The translations under genes were made by a program, and so were the position numbers. This document shows positions 53,506 through 63,066 of a stretch of DNA of 64,000 nt, one piece after another. The stretch's first letter is position 1, and each line of letters starts with the position of its first letter. The notes beneath the pieces were generated by a model. The model was not told where the DNA came from, searched no databases, and worked only from the letters and a program-made list of their open reading frames with translations. Source of the DNA: a virus (Duplodnaviria > Caudoviricetes); the IMG/VR virus record IMGVR_UViG_2974663217_000001, positions 5,062 to 69,061 of that record. One strand, given 5' to 3'.

Positions 53506-55247
53506 GCCTCGCGCAACTCGAATTGCCGCTAACCCCCGCCCGGACCTACGGCACCTATAGCTACCAGCAAACCAACAAACGCGGCTTGTGGACCCTCAAA
53601 ATGGAACCCGCCGTCGCCATGCGCGCCAAACGCATCTTTGGCCGGGTCCGATGGGTGAACCCCGGCACCGTGGAAATGTGGGACACCTTGGACGTGGCCC
53701 GTGACCTCGAATGGCTGCTTGAGCGCTGGCCCATGACCCCGGACAGCCCCGAAGCCGCGCAACGGCTCTACAAATCCGCGAGGGCACACCGCCGCCGCGA
53801 GGAAACCATCCAACAGGTAGTGACCGGCCAACGCCGCCTAGAGCTACCCCGCGACCCCGCGAAAGCGCCCCGCGATTACCAGCTAGTTGCCGTGGACCTC
53901 TTGCGCCAAACAGGCCGGTTGCTGCTGACCGACTCCCGAGGGCTGGGCAAAACCTACACGGGGTTGCTCAACGCCACCCACGAGGACGCCCTGCCCATGC
54001 TGGTGGTGCCCCCGGCGCACCTCCCGGGCCGGTGGGCGCTTGAGGCCGCCGAATCGTTCCCGTTCCTGCGCGTGGAGATAGCCAAGCGAGGCACCCCACC
54101 AGAGAACTGGACCGCCAAGGACATGCCCGACGTCATGATCGTGCCGTATTCCAAGCTGGCCAGGTGGACTGACTACCTCGCCGGGAATATCCGCGCAATC
54201 GTGTTTGACGAAGTGCAAGAACTCCGCACGGGCAAATACACGCAGAAAGGCACGGCCGCCGCGTTCCTCTGCCAAGACACCCCTTACCGGCTGGGGCTGA
54301 CGGCCACCCCCATTTACAACTACGGCGGCGAAATCTGGAACATTCTGGACATACTGGCCCCCGGGGAACTTGGCACCTCCGATGAATTCACCCGCGAGTG
54401 GGGTTCATCGTCCTACAACGGCAAGACGCTGATCAAGGATCCCGCAGCGCTTGGCGGGTACTTGCGCGAGCAAGGGCTAATGCTGGGCCGGAACCGCAAG
54501 GACGTTGGCCGCGAGCTACCCCCGCACGTCACCGTGCCCGTGACCGTGGAAAGCAACCCGGAAGCCCTCGAAAAGGTCAAGGGCGACGCCCAAGCCATGG
54601 CCAAGCTGATCCTGGCCGCCGACACCACCAGCTTTGACCGCATGAAAGCCGCCGGCGAACTGGACTGGAAGCTCCGCGAGGCAACAGGCATTGCCAAAGC
54701 GCCCTACGTGGCCGAGTTCGTGCGCCTATTGCTGGAATCGGAGAACAAGGTGCTGCTGTTCGGCTGGCACCGGGCCGTGTATGACATTTGGCTTGACCTC
54801 TTGGCCGAGTTCAACCCCGTGCTATACACCGGCAGCGAGTCCGCCACGCAAAAGGACGCCGCAGCCAAAGCGTTCATTGAGGGAGACGCCCGGGTGCTGC
54901 TCATGTCCTTGCGCAGCGGGTCCGGCGTGGACGGGCTGCAGGAAGCCTCCAAAGTGTGCGTGTTCGGGGAACTCGACTGGTCCCCCCAAGTGCACTTGCA
55001 AGGCATCGGGCGGCTAGACCGCGACCCCGCAGACCCCAACGTCGACCTGGAAGCCGTGGAGCCCACCGTGGCCTACTACCTGACCACCGAGGACGGCAGC
55101 GACCCCGTTCTCATGGAAACGCTAGGCATCAAACGGAACCAATCCGAACCCATGCTGAACCCTGACGGTAAGCTCACCAGCAACGCCGCACCTGACACCG
55201 GGCGAGCTCGCGCGCTGGCCCTCCAAATACTGGGAGACACCAAATGA
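53502..55247 (+). CDS. SNF2-family helicase
   Basis: PRDYQ, LLTDSRGLGKT, VFDEVQELR, LTATPIYN, GSGVDGLQ, QGIGRLDR; start TTG 53502. Confidence 0.92.
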   Translation: MSLAQLELPLTPARTYGTYSYQQTNKRGLWTLKMEPAVAMRAKRIFGRVRWVNPGTVEMWDTLDVARDLEWLLERWPMTPDSPEAAQRLYKSARAHRRREETIQQVVTGQRRLELPRDPAKAPRDYQLVAVDLLRQTGRLLLTDSRGLGKTYTGLLNATHEDALPMLVVPPAHLPGRWALEAAESFPFLRVEIAKRGTPPENWTAKDMPDVMIVPYSKLARWTDYLAGNIRAIVFDEVQELRTGKYTQKGTAAAFLCQDTPYRLGLTATPIYNYGGEIWNILDILAPGELGTSDEFTREWGSSSYNGKTLIKDPAALGGYLREQGLMLGRNRKDVGRELPPHVTVPVTVESNPEALEKVKGDAQAMAKLILAADTTSFDRMKAAGELDWKLREATGIAKAPYVAEFVRLLLESENKVLLFGWHRAVYDIWLDLLAEFNPVLYTGSESATQKDAAAKAFIEGDARVLLMSLRSGSGVDGLQEASKVCVFGELDWSPQVHLQGIGRLDRDPADPNVDLEAVEPTVAYYLTTEDGSDPVLMETLGIKRNQSEPMLNPDGKLTSNAAPDTGRARALALQILGDTK

Positions 55248-55456
55248 TCAAACTCTTTCGCCGCCGCCGCTACGTCGTGCAAGCATTCCACCCGGAAGGC
55301 TACGCACCCAACACTGAAAAGCGGTTCTACGAGGCTTATCAAGCAGACGACTACATGTCCATGGTCCGCCGTAGCTACCCCTGGACTGAGTTCGTGGTCA
55401 GGGACCGTAAAACCGGCGCGGTGAGCCGCTACTATCACATTCCCCGTGCACGCTGA
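55244..55456 (+). CDS. Hypothetical protein
   Basis: ATGA-coupled. Confidence 0.65.
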   Translation: MIKLFRRRRYVVQAFHPEGYAPNTEKRFYEAYQADDYMSMVRRSYPWTEFVVRDRKTGAVSRYYHIPRAR

Positions 55457-55805
55457 CACATGGCCCCGGGACGCCGCCGGCAACATACGCATGGTGCTGT
55501 ATGTTGCCGGTCCCATGACCGGGCTTCCCGACTACAACCGCCCCCAATTCAACGCCGTAACCGAGGAACTTAGACGCCGCGGCTACTACGTGTTAAATCC
55601 GGCACGGCAGCCATTAGGTTTGGAATATAACGACTACATGAGGCGCGGACTGTACGACGTGCACCGATCTGACGGGCTGGCATTGCTGCCCGGATGGGAG
55701 GACTCAAACGGCGCCCGTATCGAACACCGACTAGCCCTGAAAATGGGGCTGGAATGCAAACCCCATGACGAATGGGAAAACCTCTATGAAAGGCCACAAC
55801 TATGA
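55446..55805 (+). CDS. DUF4406 / nucleoside 2-deoxyribosyltransferase-like protein
   Basis: YVAGPMTGLPDYNRPQF...VLNPA...LLPGWEDSNGARIEH. Confidence 0.85.
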   Translation: MHADTWPRDAAGNIRMVLYVAGPMTGLPDYNRPQFNAVTEELRRRGYYVLNPARQPLGLEYNDYMRRGLYDVHRSDGLALLPGWEDSNGARIEHRLALKMGLECKPHDEWENLYERPQL

Positions 55806-56353
55806 GCCACGACCCCATCAAGGCATACCCCACCTACCTGAACGCTGACAGGACGCGCGCCCTGCTGATCAACGCCCACGCAGACGGAGGCGTGTTCCTC
55901 AAGCTCTCCACCATCAAGGAAAATGGCCACACGCAGCTTGGCAGCATCCTGTTGGACCACGGCAGCATTGCCCACGTCCTCTTTGAAATCGCCGGCGGTA
56001 ACGCCACGGACCAAGACCTTGAAGACGGCAAAGCACTGGCCATGGAACTTGAGCTTGGCCACCAAACCCGGGACAACCTCGCCACCCTCGTGCGCCGCGC
56101 CCTCCTGGCCCTCCACTTCCACCAGCACGGCGCCCCCGGCGAACCCGTGGAAGCCCCCGCCAACAGCACGCCCAACCCGTCCCCGGAAACCCTCCAAGAC
56201 CCCGACTATGACCCCACCGCTGAGGCCATTGTCGACGGCGACACCATCCACCCCGAGGAACCCAACATTGTGGCAGCCCTCGCCCGGGAGAACGCCGAAC
56301 TGCGCCAAAAGCTGGCCGCCATTCAGTCCCTCACCACCCCCGCGGAGGACTAG
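55802..56353 (+). CDS. Hypothetical protein
   Basis: ATGA-coupled. Confidence 0.7.
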   Translation: MSHDPIKAYPTYLNADRTRALLINAHADGGVFLKLSTIKENGHTQLGSILLDHGSIAHVLFEIAGGNATDQDLEDGKALAMELELGHQTRDNLATLVRRALLALHFHQHGAPGEPVEAPANSTPNPSPETLQDPDYDPTAEAIVDGDTIHPEEPNIVAALARENAELRQKLAAIQSLTTPAED

Positions 56354-56355
56354 CA

Positions 56356-56673
56356 ATGGCCACAGAAAAGCGCCCACCAGCACGCAAACGGATTCACCCC
56401 GACTCCGAACCCGCCGGGGCATGCATCAACCCCGATTGCTGCGCCCTTGTCCGCACCAACGGCAATGTGACCGAGGAAACCCGCATGATGAGGCGGCGCC
56501 GCGCCAACGGCTCATGCGAAGAATGCGGCAAGAAAGGCTACACCCCAGAACGCGGCTTTGACCCTGACAAGCTCTCAGACAAGATGCTATTCGAGGGCTT
56601 CCAGTGGACCCCAGAACTGCTCAAAGACGCCGTGCAAGAGGCCATGGGGGAGTTGTTCCATGATGCTGCATAA
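56356..56673 (+). CDS. Cys-containing hypothetical protein
   Basis: RBS GGAGGA; CINPDCC and CEEC motifs. Confidence 0.65.
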   Translation: MATEKRPPARKRIHPDSEPAGACINPDCCALVRTNGNVTEETRMMRRRRANGSCEECGKKGYTPERGFDPDKLSDKMLFEGFQWTPELLKDAVQEAMGELFHDAA

Positions 56674-57073
56674 CCCGCCCCTCACCATCGTGGCCACTGT
56701 CCCCATGGTGGACTTGCTCAACGCCAACCAGCGCAACCACTGGGCCAATTCAAGCCCCAAGGTCAAGACGTTGCGCGAGCAAGGCGGCTGGCTCATGAGA
56801 GAACGCCACAAAGGCCGGAACTACTACTTCGAACGGTGCCATATCAACTGCACCGTGTATTTCCCGGCCAAAGACCGCAACCGCGACACCATGAACTACT
56901 ACCCCACCAGCAAAGCCCACGTTGACGGATTCATTGACGGCAAACTAGCGCCGAATGACCATGAGGGCTTTGTAATCGGCCCCCACCTGTGGCCCACCGC
57001 CGAACTGTCCGGCATCCGAGGCGTAGCCAAGTTCGTCTACCAAATCACCCATCTGGACAGCACCTATGAGTGA
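56660..57073 (+). CDS. RusA-like Holliday junction resolvase
   Basis: LLNANQRNHW...RNRDTMNYYPTSKAHVDG...APND; start ATG 56660 or 56663. Confidence 0.7.
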   Translation: MMLHNPPLTIVATVPMVDLLNANQRNHWANSSPKVKTLREQGGWLMRERHKGRNYYFERCHINCTVYFPAKDRNRDTMNYYPTSKAHVDGFIDGKLAPNDHEGFVIGPHLWPTAELSGIRGVAKFVYQITHLDSTYE

Positions 57074-57263
57074 CCACATAGCTGCCATACGCGCCGACCT
57101 GGACCGGGAACGCTTGCGCCTACTCGCCCAAGTCAGCGCCGAATGCAGCAAGACCGAACACCCCCAGAACAGGGCCGAACGCAGCGCCGGGAACCACCGC
57201 GCGCGGATCCTTGTTCACGAAACCAAAGCTTTCTACGCCGAACGAAAGGCCAAACACCAATGA
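57066..57263 (+). CDS. Hypothetical protein
   Basis: Overlapping operon packing. Confidence 0.6.
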   Translation: MSDHIAAIRADLDRERLRLLAQVSAECSKTEHPQNRAERSAGNHRARILVHETKAFYAERKAKHQ

Positions 57264-57643
57264 ACATGCACTACAGCCGCCACCAACGCCGCCACGACCG
57301 CAACACCGGGCTTATCATCGGCTGTTTCCTTGTGGTGGCCGTTCTGCTGATCACCATAGCCGCCGTAACCCAAGGCGCGAGCAAGCAAGCACAGACATGC
57401 ACCGTGACCGGCAAGCACATGACCACCGACGTGCACGACGGCAAGTCCGTGCGCGTCTACCAAGTAGAAACCAGCGATTGCGGCGTAATGCGCGTTGAAG
57501 ACAACGCGCTGCAGGGCGTGTTCAACAGCGCTGACCTGTTCGCCAACGTCCGCGAGGGCCAGCGCTACCGCTTCACCACTGTGGGGTGGCGGGTGCCGTT
57601 CCTCTCCGCGTTCCCCACCATCGTGAAAATGGAGAAAGCGTGA
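57260..57643 (+). CDS. Membrane-anchored exported protein (DUF1523-like)
   Basis: N-terminal TM; CTVTGK...FNSADL...TVGWRVPFLSAFP. Confidence 0.75.
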   Translation: MNMHYSRHQRRHDRNTGLIIGCFLVVAVLLITIAAVTQGASKQAQTCTVTGKHMTTDVHDGKSVRVYQVETSDCGVMRVEDNALQGVFNSADLFANVREGQRYRFTTVGWRVPFLSAFPTIVKMEKA

Positions 57644-57798
57644 CCAGCTACCGCGACACCAGCACCCGCAAACACGCCACCACGGGCCGCCGCGCCGCTG
57701 ACTACACCCCCGCACCCCTGGAACCCCGCAAAGGCCGCGGCCCCGGGAAACCCAAGCCCGTGGAAAGGAAAGAACAGGACCGCCGCCATGACCACTGA
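57640..57798 (+). CDS. Small basic hypothetical protein
   Basis: GTGA overlap. Confidence 0.45.
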   Translation: MTSYRDTSTRKHATTGRRAADYTPAPLEPRKGRGPGKPKPVERKEQDRRHDH

Positions 57799-58000
57799 CC
57801 TTTGGGAACCCGCCCCCGAGCCGCGCGACCCGGCCACGATCCGGGCGGAGCTCATGGAGGCCGAGAAACTGGACCACGACCCCGCCGTCGTGCACGAGGA
57901 AGGCAACTGGGGCGCCGCTGGCTGCCCCCGCTGCGACGCCATGGAACCCCTCAGCTACGAACTACTACGGTCCACACTGAGGGGTCCACATGCCCCGTAA
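57788..58000 (+). CDS. Small hypothetical protein
   Basis: CPRC motif; operon packing. Confidence 0.6.
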   Translation: MTTDLWEPAPEPRDPATIRAELMEAEKLDHDPAVVHEEGNWGAAGCPRCDAMEPLSYELLRSTLRGPHAP

Positions 58001-58502
58001 GGTATCGACCCCAACAGAAAGCTTTTGGGCGCGCGTAGAGAAGCGCGGGGACCACGAATGCTGGCCATGGGGCGGACGGATGCACAAACAGGGCTACGGG
58101 CAGACGCCACTAGGCAAGCGAGGGCGCACCATGCTGGCCCACCGCTTCGCTTATGAGCTCGCAAACGGTCCAATTCCTGACGGTCTGCACGTAGACCACA
58201 CATGCCACAACGGGACCAGTTGCCCGGGCGGCAAGACTTGCCCACACCGGAAATGCTGCAATCCGTCCCACCTTGAAGCCGTGGAACCAGTGGAGAATGT
58301 AAGCCGCTCCCATAACGCGAACGAACACAAGACCCATTGCCCACGAGGGCATGAGTACACACCAGAGAACACTTACGTGCAACCCAGCAAGCCCAATTCA
58401 AGGCGTTGCCGACGTTGCGCCGCGATCCTGGACAGTCAGCCCCACCGAACCAGGGCGGGGCGACGTGAAGCAAAACGAAAGAGGCAACACAGTGGCCGGT
58501 GA
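57990..58502 (+). CDS. HNH endonuclease
   Basis: CWPW...[21 protein letters not shown]...CCNPSHL...EN; C-terminal KTHCPRGH...CRRC. Confidence 0.9.
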   Translation: MPRKVSTPTESFWARVEKRGDHECWPWGGRMHKQGYGQTPLGKRGRTMLAHRFAYELANGPIPDGLHVDHTCHNGTSCPGGKTCPHRKCCNPSHLEAVEPVENVSRSHNANEHKTHCPRGHEYTPENTYVQPSKPNSRRCRRCAAILDSQPHRTRAGRREAKRKRQHSGR

Positions 58503-59037
58503 AACCACCATTACCGTTATCGGGAATCTAACCAATGATCCCGAGCTCAGATTTACAAACAGCGGGTCCGCCGTCGCCAACTTCACCATTGCGAGTACCC
58601 CGCGCACGTTCGACCGGCAAAAGAACGAGTGGGTGGACGGCGCCACCCTGTTTTTGAGGGTGTCCATTTGGCGCGACGCAGCGGAAAACGTGGCGGAATC
58701 GCTCACAAAGGGAATGCGGGTCATTGTCGTGGGCCGGCTCAAGTCCCGCAGTTACGAAACGAAATCCGGCGAGAACCGAACAGTAATCGAAATGGAAGCC
58801 GACGAAATTGGCCCCTCGCTGCGGTATGCCAACGTCAAGGTCAACAGGACTCAGCGCAGTGGCGGCAATGGTGCGTCACAAGGCGGTTTTGGTGGTGGGG
58901 GCGGCTATAGTGGTCAAGGCGGTTTTGGTGGCGGTGCAAGTTCCGCGCCGGCCAGTCAGGATGACCCTTGGGCGACTCCGGGCGTTAGCAATGCTGGCGG
59001 TTGGGGGAATGGCCCGGATTCTGAACCGCCCTTTTAG
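58492..59037 (+). CDS. ssb: Single-stranded DNA-binding protein
   Basis: GTG 58492; [28 protein letters not shown]...acidic DSEPPF tail. Confidence 0.95.
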   Translation: MAGETTITVIGNLTNDPELRFTNSGSAVANFTIASTPRTFDRQKNEWVDGATLFLRVSIWRDAAENVAESLTKGMRVIVVGRLKSRSYETKSGENRTVIEMEADEIGPSLRYANVKVNRTQRSGGNGASQGGFGGGGGYSGQGGFGGGASSAPASQDDPWATPGVSNAGGWGNGPDSEPPF

Positions 59038-59180
59038 TCTTTCCTTGGTTTTGGGTTAGGTGCGTCGTATGGCGGCTGGGAGGTAGTACGCCCGGACCCC
59101 ATGATGATGTAGCGGCGTTGCCAGCGATCCCGAACACACCAACCGAGGAACGGTGAGCGCGCATGGTGTTGTGTGCGAGC

Positions 59181-59227
59181 CACAGCAAGCCCTTGATTCT
59201 GTGCCATGAGTCAGGGGCTTTGTTGTG
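59181..59227. terminator. Stem-loop / probable terminator
   Basis: CACAGCAAGCCCTTGATTC ... GAGTCAGGGGCTTTGTTGTG. Confidence 0.6.
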
Positions 59228-59243
59228 TCCTGAAATGTGGTGC

Positions 59244-59273
59244 TTGCAATCCCGTGTAGCGGGGTGCTACATT
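59244..59273 (+). promoter_or_regulatory. Sigma-A-like promoter with palindromic operator
   Basis: TTGCAA-18-TACATT; operator TGTAGCGGGGTGCTACA at 59255-59271. Confidence 0.75.
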
Positions 59274-59319
59274 CTTCCTAACGCAGTAACCGCCACAACG
59301 AACGAACAGGACCAGGAAA

Positions 59320-60438
59320 ATGGAAGCCGCCACCCCCGTCTACACCTCCACCGTTGACAACGACTATGGCCACCGCACTGTGACGAACACACAGACGGGC
59401 CACGTTATTGCTGACGGCGACTTTGTGACCATTGGCAAGGCCAAGACCGAATGGCGGGTTTGCTACGTCTACGTTGACGGACGGGTTCAGCTTGAGCGTC
59501 AAGCCCACAGCCCCAAGCGCGGCATGACGCGCCGTTTTGAGCAGATGGAAAACCTCACGGTGACCTACTCGCCCACCCGCGATTCCGAGGAAGCCCCCAA
59601 GGTGGAGGAAGTCGCCGCTGAGGAACGCCCCGCCGTGAAGACCACGCGTAACGAGGTCACTTACTTTGGCCGCCGTTGCGTGGTAACCACCATTCAGCAT
59701 GAAGCCAACCCCATGGGGCTGCGCACTATCCGCACCGAATGGGTGGACGCCGCAGACCCCCGGAATGGCGGATGGGCTGCGGGGACGGTCGCGGAAAAGG
59801 TGGTCAAGGGCGACGGGCGCGACGCCTCAACATTCGAGGTACTGACCCCCGAACACATGGTCAGCCACACCCCAAACCCCAAGCCCAAGCTGACCAAGAA
59901 AGCCCAAGCTGAGTATGACGCGTGGGCGGCCCGGATTGAGGCCGAGGGCATCCATGTGGGCCAAGAGGTCATGGCCACCCGTGTGGAGACGGACGCACGC
60001 GACTATGTGACCAACCAGTGGGAGGAACCCGCCACAATCGTGGAGCTTCGCAACTTTGACGCCCTTGTTCAGTTCGAGGACGGAACCCGGGGTAGTTCGG
60101 GGCTTGGGTTGCGAGTCCGCACGGACACGCCCACGGGGCTGCTGCACCCCAAGCAAGAGGTCTTCAACGTTTCGGCCAACTTGGATGGGCGCACCGTCGT
60201 GGAAACCGTCACGGTCAAGGGCGACATTGGGCGTGCCCGGTCTGTGGCTGGAATGCTCGCATGCAAGTACGGGTTGGGGAAGTTGTCTATCGGCTTCACG
60301 TCTTACGCCCTTGAGTACCACGACGGGCAGAACGGCGGCGGCGTTGAGATTGAGGACATGGACGCTGACGACCCATGGGAACACGGCCCCCATGATGAAG
60401 AACTGACCGCCGAAATGAACGCCCCGATAGGGGACTAG
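59320..60438 (+). CDS. Multi-domain hypothetical early protein
   Basis: 372 aa, flanked by its own promoter and terminator. Confidence 0.75.
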   Translation: MEAATPVYTSTVDNDYGHRTVTNTQTGHVIADGDFVTIGKAKTEWRVCYVYVDGRVQLERQAHSPKRGMTRRFEQMENLTVTYSPTRDSEEAPKVEEVAAEERPAVKTTRNEVTYFGRRCVVTTIQHEANPMGLRTIRTEWVDAADPRNGGWAAGTVAEKVVKGDGRDASTFEVLTPEHMVSHTPNPKPKLTKKAQAEYDAWAARIEAEGIHVGQEVMATRVETDARDYVTNQWEEPATIVELRNFDALVQFEDGTRGSSGLGLRVRTDTPTGLLHPKQEVFNVSANLDGRTVVETVTVKGDIGRARSVAGMLACKYGLGKLSIGFTSYALEYHDGQNGGGVEIEDMDADDPWEHGPHDEELTAEMNAPIGD

Positions 60439-60448
60439 CGGGAACCGA

Positions 60449-60476
60449 GAAAGCCACCCTACGGGGTGGCTTTTTT
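60449..60476 (+). terminator. Intrinsic terminator
   Basis: AAAGCCACCC tacg GGGTGGCTTTTTT. Confidence 0.9.
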
Positions 60477-60488
60477 CGTGCCCGAACA

Positions 60489-60520
60489 AAAACAAGCACG
60501 CCCCGCCACAGAATGGGGAT
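60489..60520 (+). promoter_or_regulatory. Class I promoter (variant AAAACAAGCAC), leaderless
   Basis: Box 60489-60499, CAGAAT, ATG 60521. Confidence 0.7.
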
Positions 60521-60760
60521 ATGACCACTTACGAGTATCAGACGGTGAAAGTGAACCGAGGCCGCAAGTCCTATGACGCGACCATGAACGCCTACGCTGC
60601 GGACGGCTGGGAAATGGTGAACGTTCGGGACGCGTGGCAAAAGCACGTCACCGTGACCCTACGGCGCGACACCAGCCACCCCGCAGCCTTGCGCCCCAAG
60701 GCCCCCACACTGCTGGGGCTGATATTCGGGGCATTGACCCGCAACCGCACCGCCAAGTAA
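60521..60760 (+). CDS. DUF4177-like small protein
   Basis: YEYQTV...MNAYAADGWEMV...LRR. Confidence 0.75.
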   Translation: MTTYEYQTVKVNRGRKSYDATMNAYAADGWEMVNVRDAWQKHVTVTLRRDTSHPAALRPKAPTLLGLIFGALTRNRTAK

Positions 60761-60771
60761 AGGAAACCCTC

Positions 60772-61890
60772 TTGAAACTCTCTATTGATTCCAGCGCGCT
60801 GAATGAGGCCGTGAGCTTCGCTTACCGGGCCGTGAACCCGCGCCACGCTAGCCCCGTTCTCACCGGGCTGGTCCTGGAAGCTGACGGCGCCGGGTTGCTG
60901 TCCATTCGAGGCTTTGACCAGACCATGGCCAACACGGTGGAAATCGCCGCTGAGGTGGAAACCCCCGGCAAAGTCCTGTTGCCCGGGGCGGTGCTGGTTA
61001 GCATGCTCAAGACGCTGCCGAATAACAAGCCGCTGACGTTGGACGTGGCCGACAGGGCGGAACTCAAGGTCGGGCGCGCCAAGTTCTCCACCCCGGTTAT
61101 GCCCATGTCTGACTACCCGCAGTTGCCCGGGCTGCCGCAGCGCCTTGGGTACGTGGACAGTGACGTGTTCGCCAAGGCTGTGGGGCAGATTCAGCACGCC
61201 GCCGGCAAGAACTCTGACGTGCCGGTTCTGAACGGCATCAACGTGGAGCTCCGAGGGGGAAACCTCGCGTTTCTGGCCACTGACCGTTACCGCATGGCGT
61301 TGGCTGAAATCCCGGTGAACCGTTACCCGGACACCCCGGAAGATGGGGATTTCTTGGTGCTCGCTGACGTGCTGGTGGGCGCGGCCCGGGCGAACAGCGG
61401 CAACCTGGACTTGCTGGGGTCAAGCCAGCGCATTGGGTTCTTGTCAGCGTCCCGGTCCACCACGTCCAACGTGATCGACGGCCAGTTCCCGCCCGTGCGC
61501 CGGTTGTTCCCCGAGGAACACATGATTGCCAACAGGGTGACCGTGGACGTGGACGCGCTGCTTGGTGCTGTCACCCGCGCCGCCGTCGTGGTGGACGGCA
61601 AGAACCCTGTCCGGCTGACGTTCAAGCCGGGTGAGGTGATCGTGGACGCTGGCCGCGCCGATTCCAACGCTGGCGAGGAAGCCGTGGAGTGCTGGCACGA
61701 CTTCGAGGAACCCACCGGGGTGGGATTCAACCCCACGTTTCTGGCTGACGGTTTGCGCGCCCTGACCGCCCCGCAAGCGCTGTTTGGGTTCGCCGCGGAC
61801 ACCAGCATGAAGCCCGTTGCCCTGCAAGACGCTTCCGACCACACCAACAGCCGCCAGTTGCTCATGCCCATGCGGACGGAATCCATATAA
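60772..61890 (+). CDS. dnaN: DNA polymerase III beta sliding clamp
   Basis: TTG 60772 after RBS AAGGA; PVLTGL, DYPQLP, VLNGI, ATDRYRMA, IDGQFP, GFNPTFL--GL, LLMPMR. Confidence 0.92.
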   Translation: MKLSIDSSALNEAVSFAYRAVNPRHASPVLTGLVLEADGAGLLSIRGFDQTMANTVEIAAEVETPGKVLLPGAVLVSMLKTLPNNKPLTLDVADRAELKVGRAKFSTPVMPMSDYPQLPGLPQRLGYVDSDVFAKAVGQIQHAAGKNSDVPVLNGINVELRGGNLAFLATDRYRMALAEIPVNRYPDTPEDGDFLVLADVLVGAARANSGNLDLLGSSQRIGFLSASRSTTSNVIDGQFPPVRRLFPEEHMIANRVTVDVDALLGAVTRAAVVVDGKNPVRLTFKPGEVIVDAGRADSNAGEEAVECWHDFEEPTGVGFNPTFLADGLRALTAPQALFGFAADTSMKPVALQDASDHTNSRQLLMPMRTESI

Positions 61891-61937
61891 CACGGCTGTG
61901 TTAATCTGAAAGTCCTTCCTGTCGGGGGTCATAGAGG

Positions 61938-61972
61938 GAAAAGCCCGGGTCTGAGTCGCCCGGGCTTTTTTC
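61938..61972 (+). terminator. Intrinsic terminator
   Basis: AAAAGCCCGGG ... CCCGGGCTTTTTT. Confidence 0.85.
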
Positions 61973-61979
61973 TTACCCA

Positions 61980-62012
61980 AAAACAGGCACGGCCCATGTC
62001 ACGCTTGAGCTA
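61980..62012 (+). promoter_or_regulatory. Class I promoter
   Basis: AAAACAGGCAC 61980-61990, CACGCT, predicted start site A62012. Confidence 0.7.
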
Positions 62013-62046
62013 GACAAACAAACCACTTTCAGAAAGACCTAACACC

Positions 62047-62439
62047 ATGGATTTGCTCAATATCTGGTTCCACGTTTTCCCGTGGCTTACCGTCATAGCG
62101 TGCGTCAACCTGTCATTGATCGTGGTTTGGATGTGGTTTCCGCGGCCCCATGCGATCACCAAGGCTTACCGCGAGGGTTTGGCCGCCGGCTATGCGGACG
62201 GTGTGGAGCATGGCCGGAACGCCGGTTACCGGGACGGCCACAAGCAAGGCGTGGAGGACAACCACCTCGAGGAAGCGCACTTTATCAAGTGCCCCGAGTG
62301 TGACCACGCTATCCATGTCCCCACGATCATGCGCGTTGAGGGCGAACCTGGAAGCGAAACGGTGATTTGCGAGCCGGACACCACGGAACTGTGGGTGCAC
62401 ATGAACGGCCACAAGGCGGGAACTGTTGACCTCGCATAA
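62047..62439 (+). CDS. Membrane-anchored protein with G-x-x-D-G repeats and zinc ribbon
   Basis: N-terminal TM; YREG/YADG/YRDG repeats; CPEC. Confidence 0.7.
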   Translation: MDLLNIWFHVFPWLTVIACVNLSLIVVWMWFPRPHAITKAYREGLAAGYADGVEHGRNAGYRDGHKQGVEDNHLEEAHFIKCPECDHAIHVPTIMRVEGEPGSETVICEPDTTELWVHMNGHKAGTVDLA

Positions 62440-62578
62440 GCCCCACCGCCCCTTGGTTGTCCCGTCCGAACCGATCACCGAACCGAGCTATTGCGAGCAT
62501 TGCGGCCAAGGCTATGTGTTGCCGCAGTTCGCTGAGGAATGCCCCTGCAGGGAGGAACCCCATGGCGCTGGTAACTAA
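62426..62578 (+). CDS. 50-aa Cys-containing protein
   Basis: TTG start; ...SYCEHCGQGYVLPQFAEECPC...; fills the apparent gap. Confidence 0.45.
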   Translation: MTSHKPHRPLVVPSEPITEPSYCEHCGQGYVLPQFAEECPCREEPHGAGN

Positions 62579-62720
62579 CGGCTACACCTACGCAAGCACC
62601 AATGATGATTTGAAGTTTCTCACCAGCCTTGGTGTGCCGCTGGAAGACGTGGCGCACCGTATGGGCCGCAGCGAGGACGCAGTAAACGCAATGTTGACCA
62701 AAGACGAACCGGAGGATTGA
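62562..62720 (+). CDS. Small HTH-like protein
   Basis: RBS GGGAGGA; LGVPLEDVAHRMGRSEDAVNAML. Confidence 0.65.
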   Translation: MALVTNGYTYASTNDDLKFLTSLGVPLEDVAHRMGRSEDAVNAMLTKDEPED

Positions 62721-62724
62721 ACTA

Positions 62725-63033
62725 ATGCCAGCACAGCACCAGTGGAGTGCCGAAACCAAGAGGCTGAGGCATGAAGCCCATGAGGCCATAGACAAGCTGG
62801 CCCGGTCCATGCATAAGGACCGTGGCGACTGGGGCCGCCGTGACGACTGGACCGACGAAGAACGCGAGGCGGTAGACCTCAAGGACCAGCACCTGACCGC
62901 GTGGGTGGTCCAAACCCAATACCAAGGGTTCAATGACCCGGAAGACGCCGTGGAAGTCGCGGTGGCATCCGGCGCGGCACCGGCAACGCTGCGAGGGCTG
63001 GCCGAGTCGCTGGCCGACGCCTATTCCGAGTAA
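62725..63033 (+). CDS. Hypothetical protein
   Basis: RBS GGAGGA. Confidence 0.7.
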   Translation: MPAQHQWSAETKRLRHEAHEAIDKLARSMHKDRGDWGRRDDWTDEEREAVDLKDQHLTAWVVQTQYQGFNDPEDAVEVAVASGAAPATLRGLAESLADAYSE

Positions 63034-63066
63034 ACGCCACAACAATGAGAGAAAGACGGACAAAAA

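Noticed and set aside
57990-58502. HNH gene as part of a self-splicing intron
   Set aside because: The flanking genes are intact and coupled to it; it is a free-standing homing-type endonuclease.
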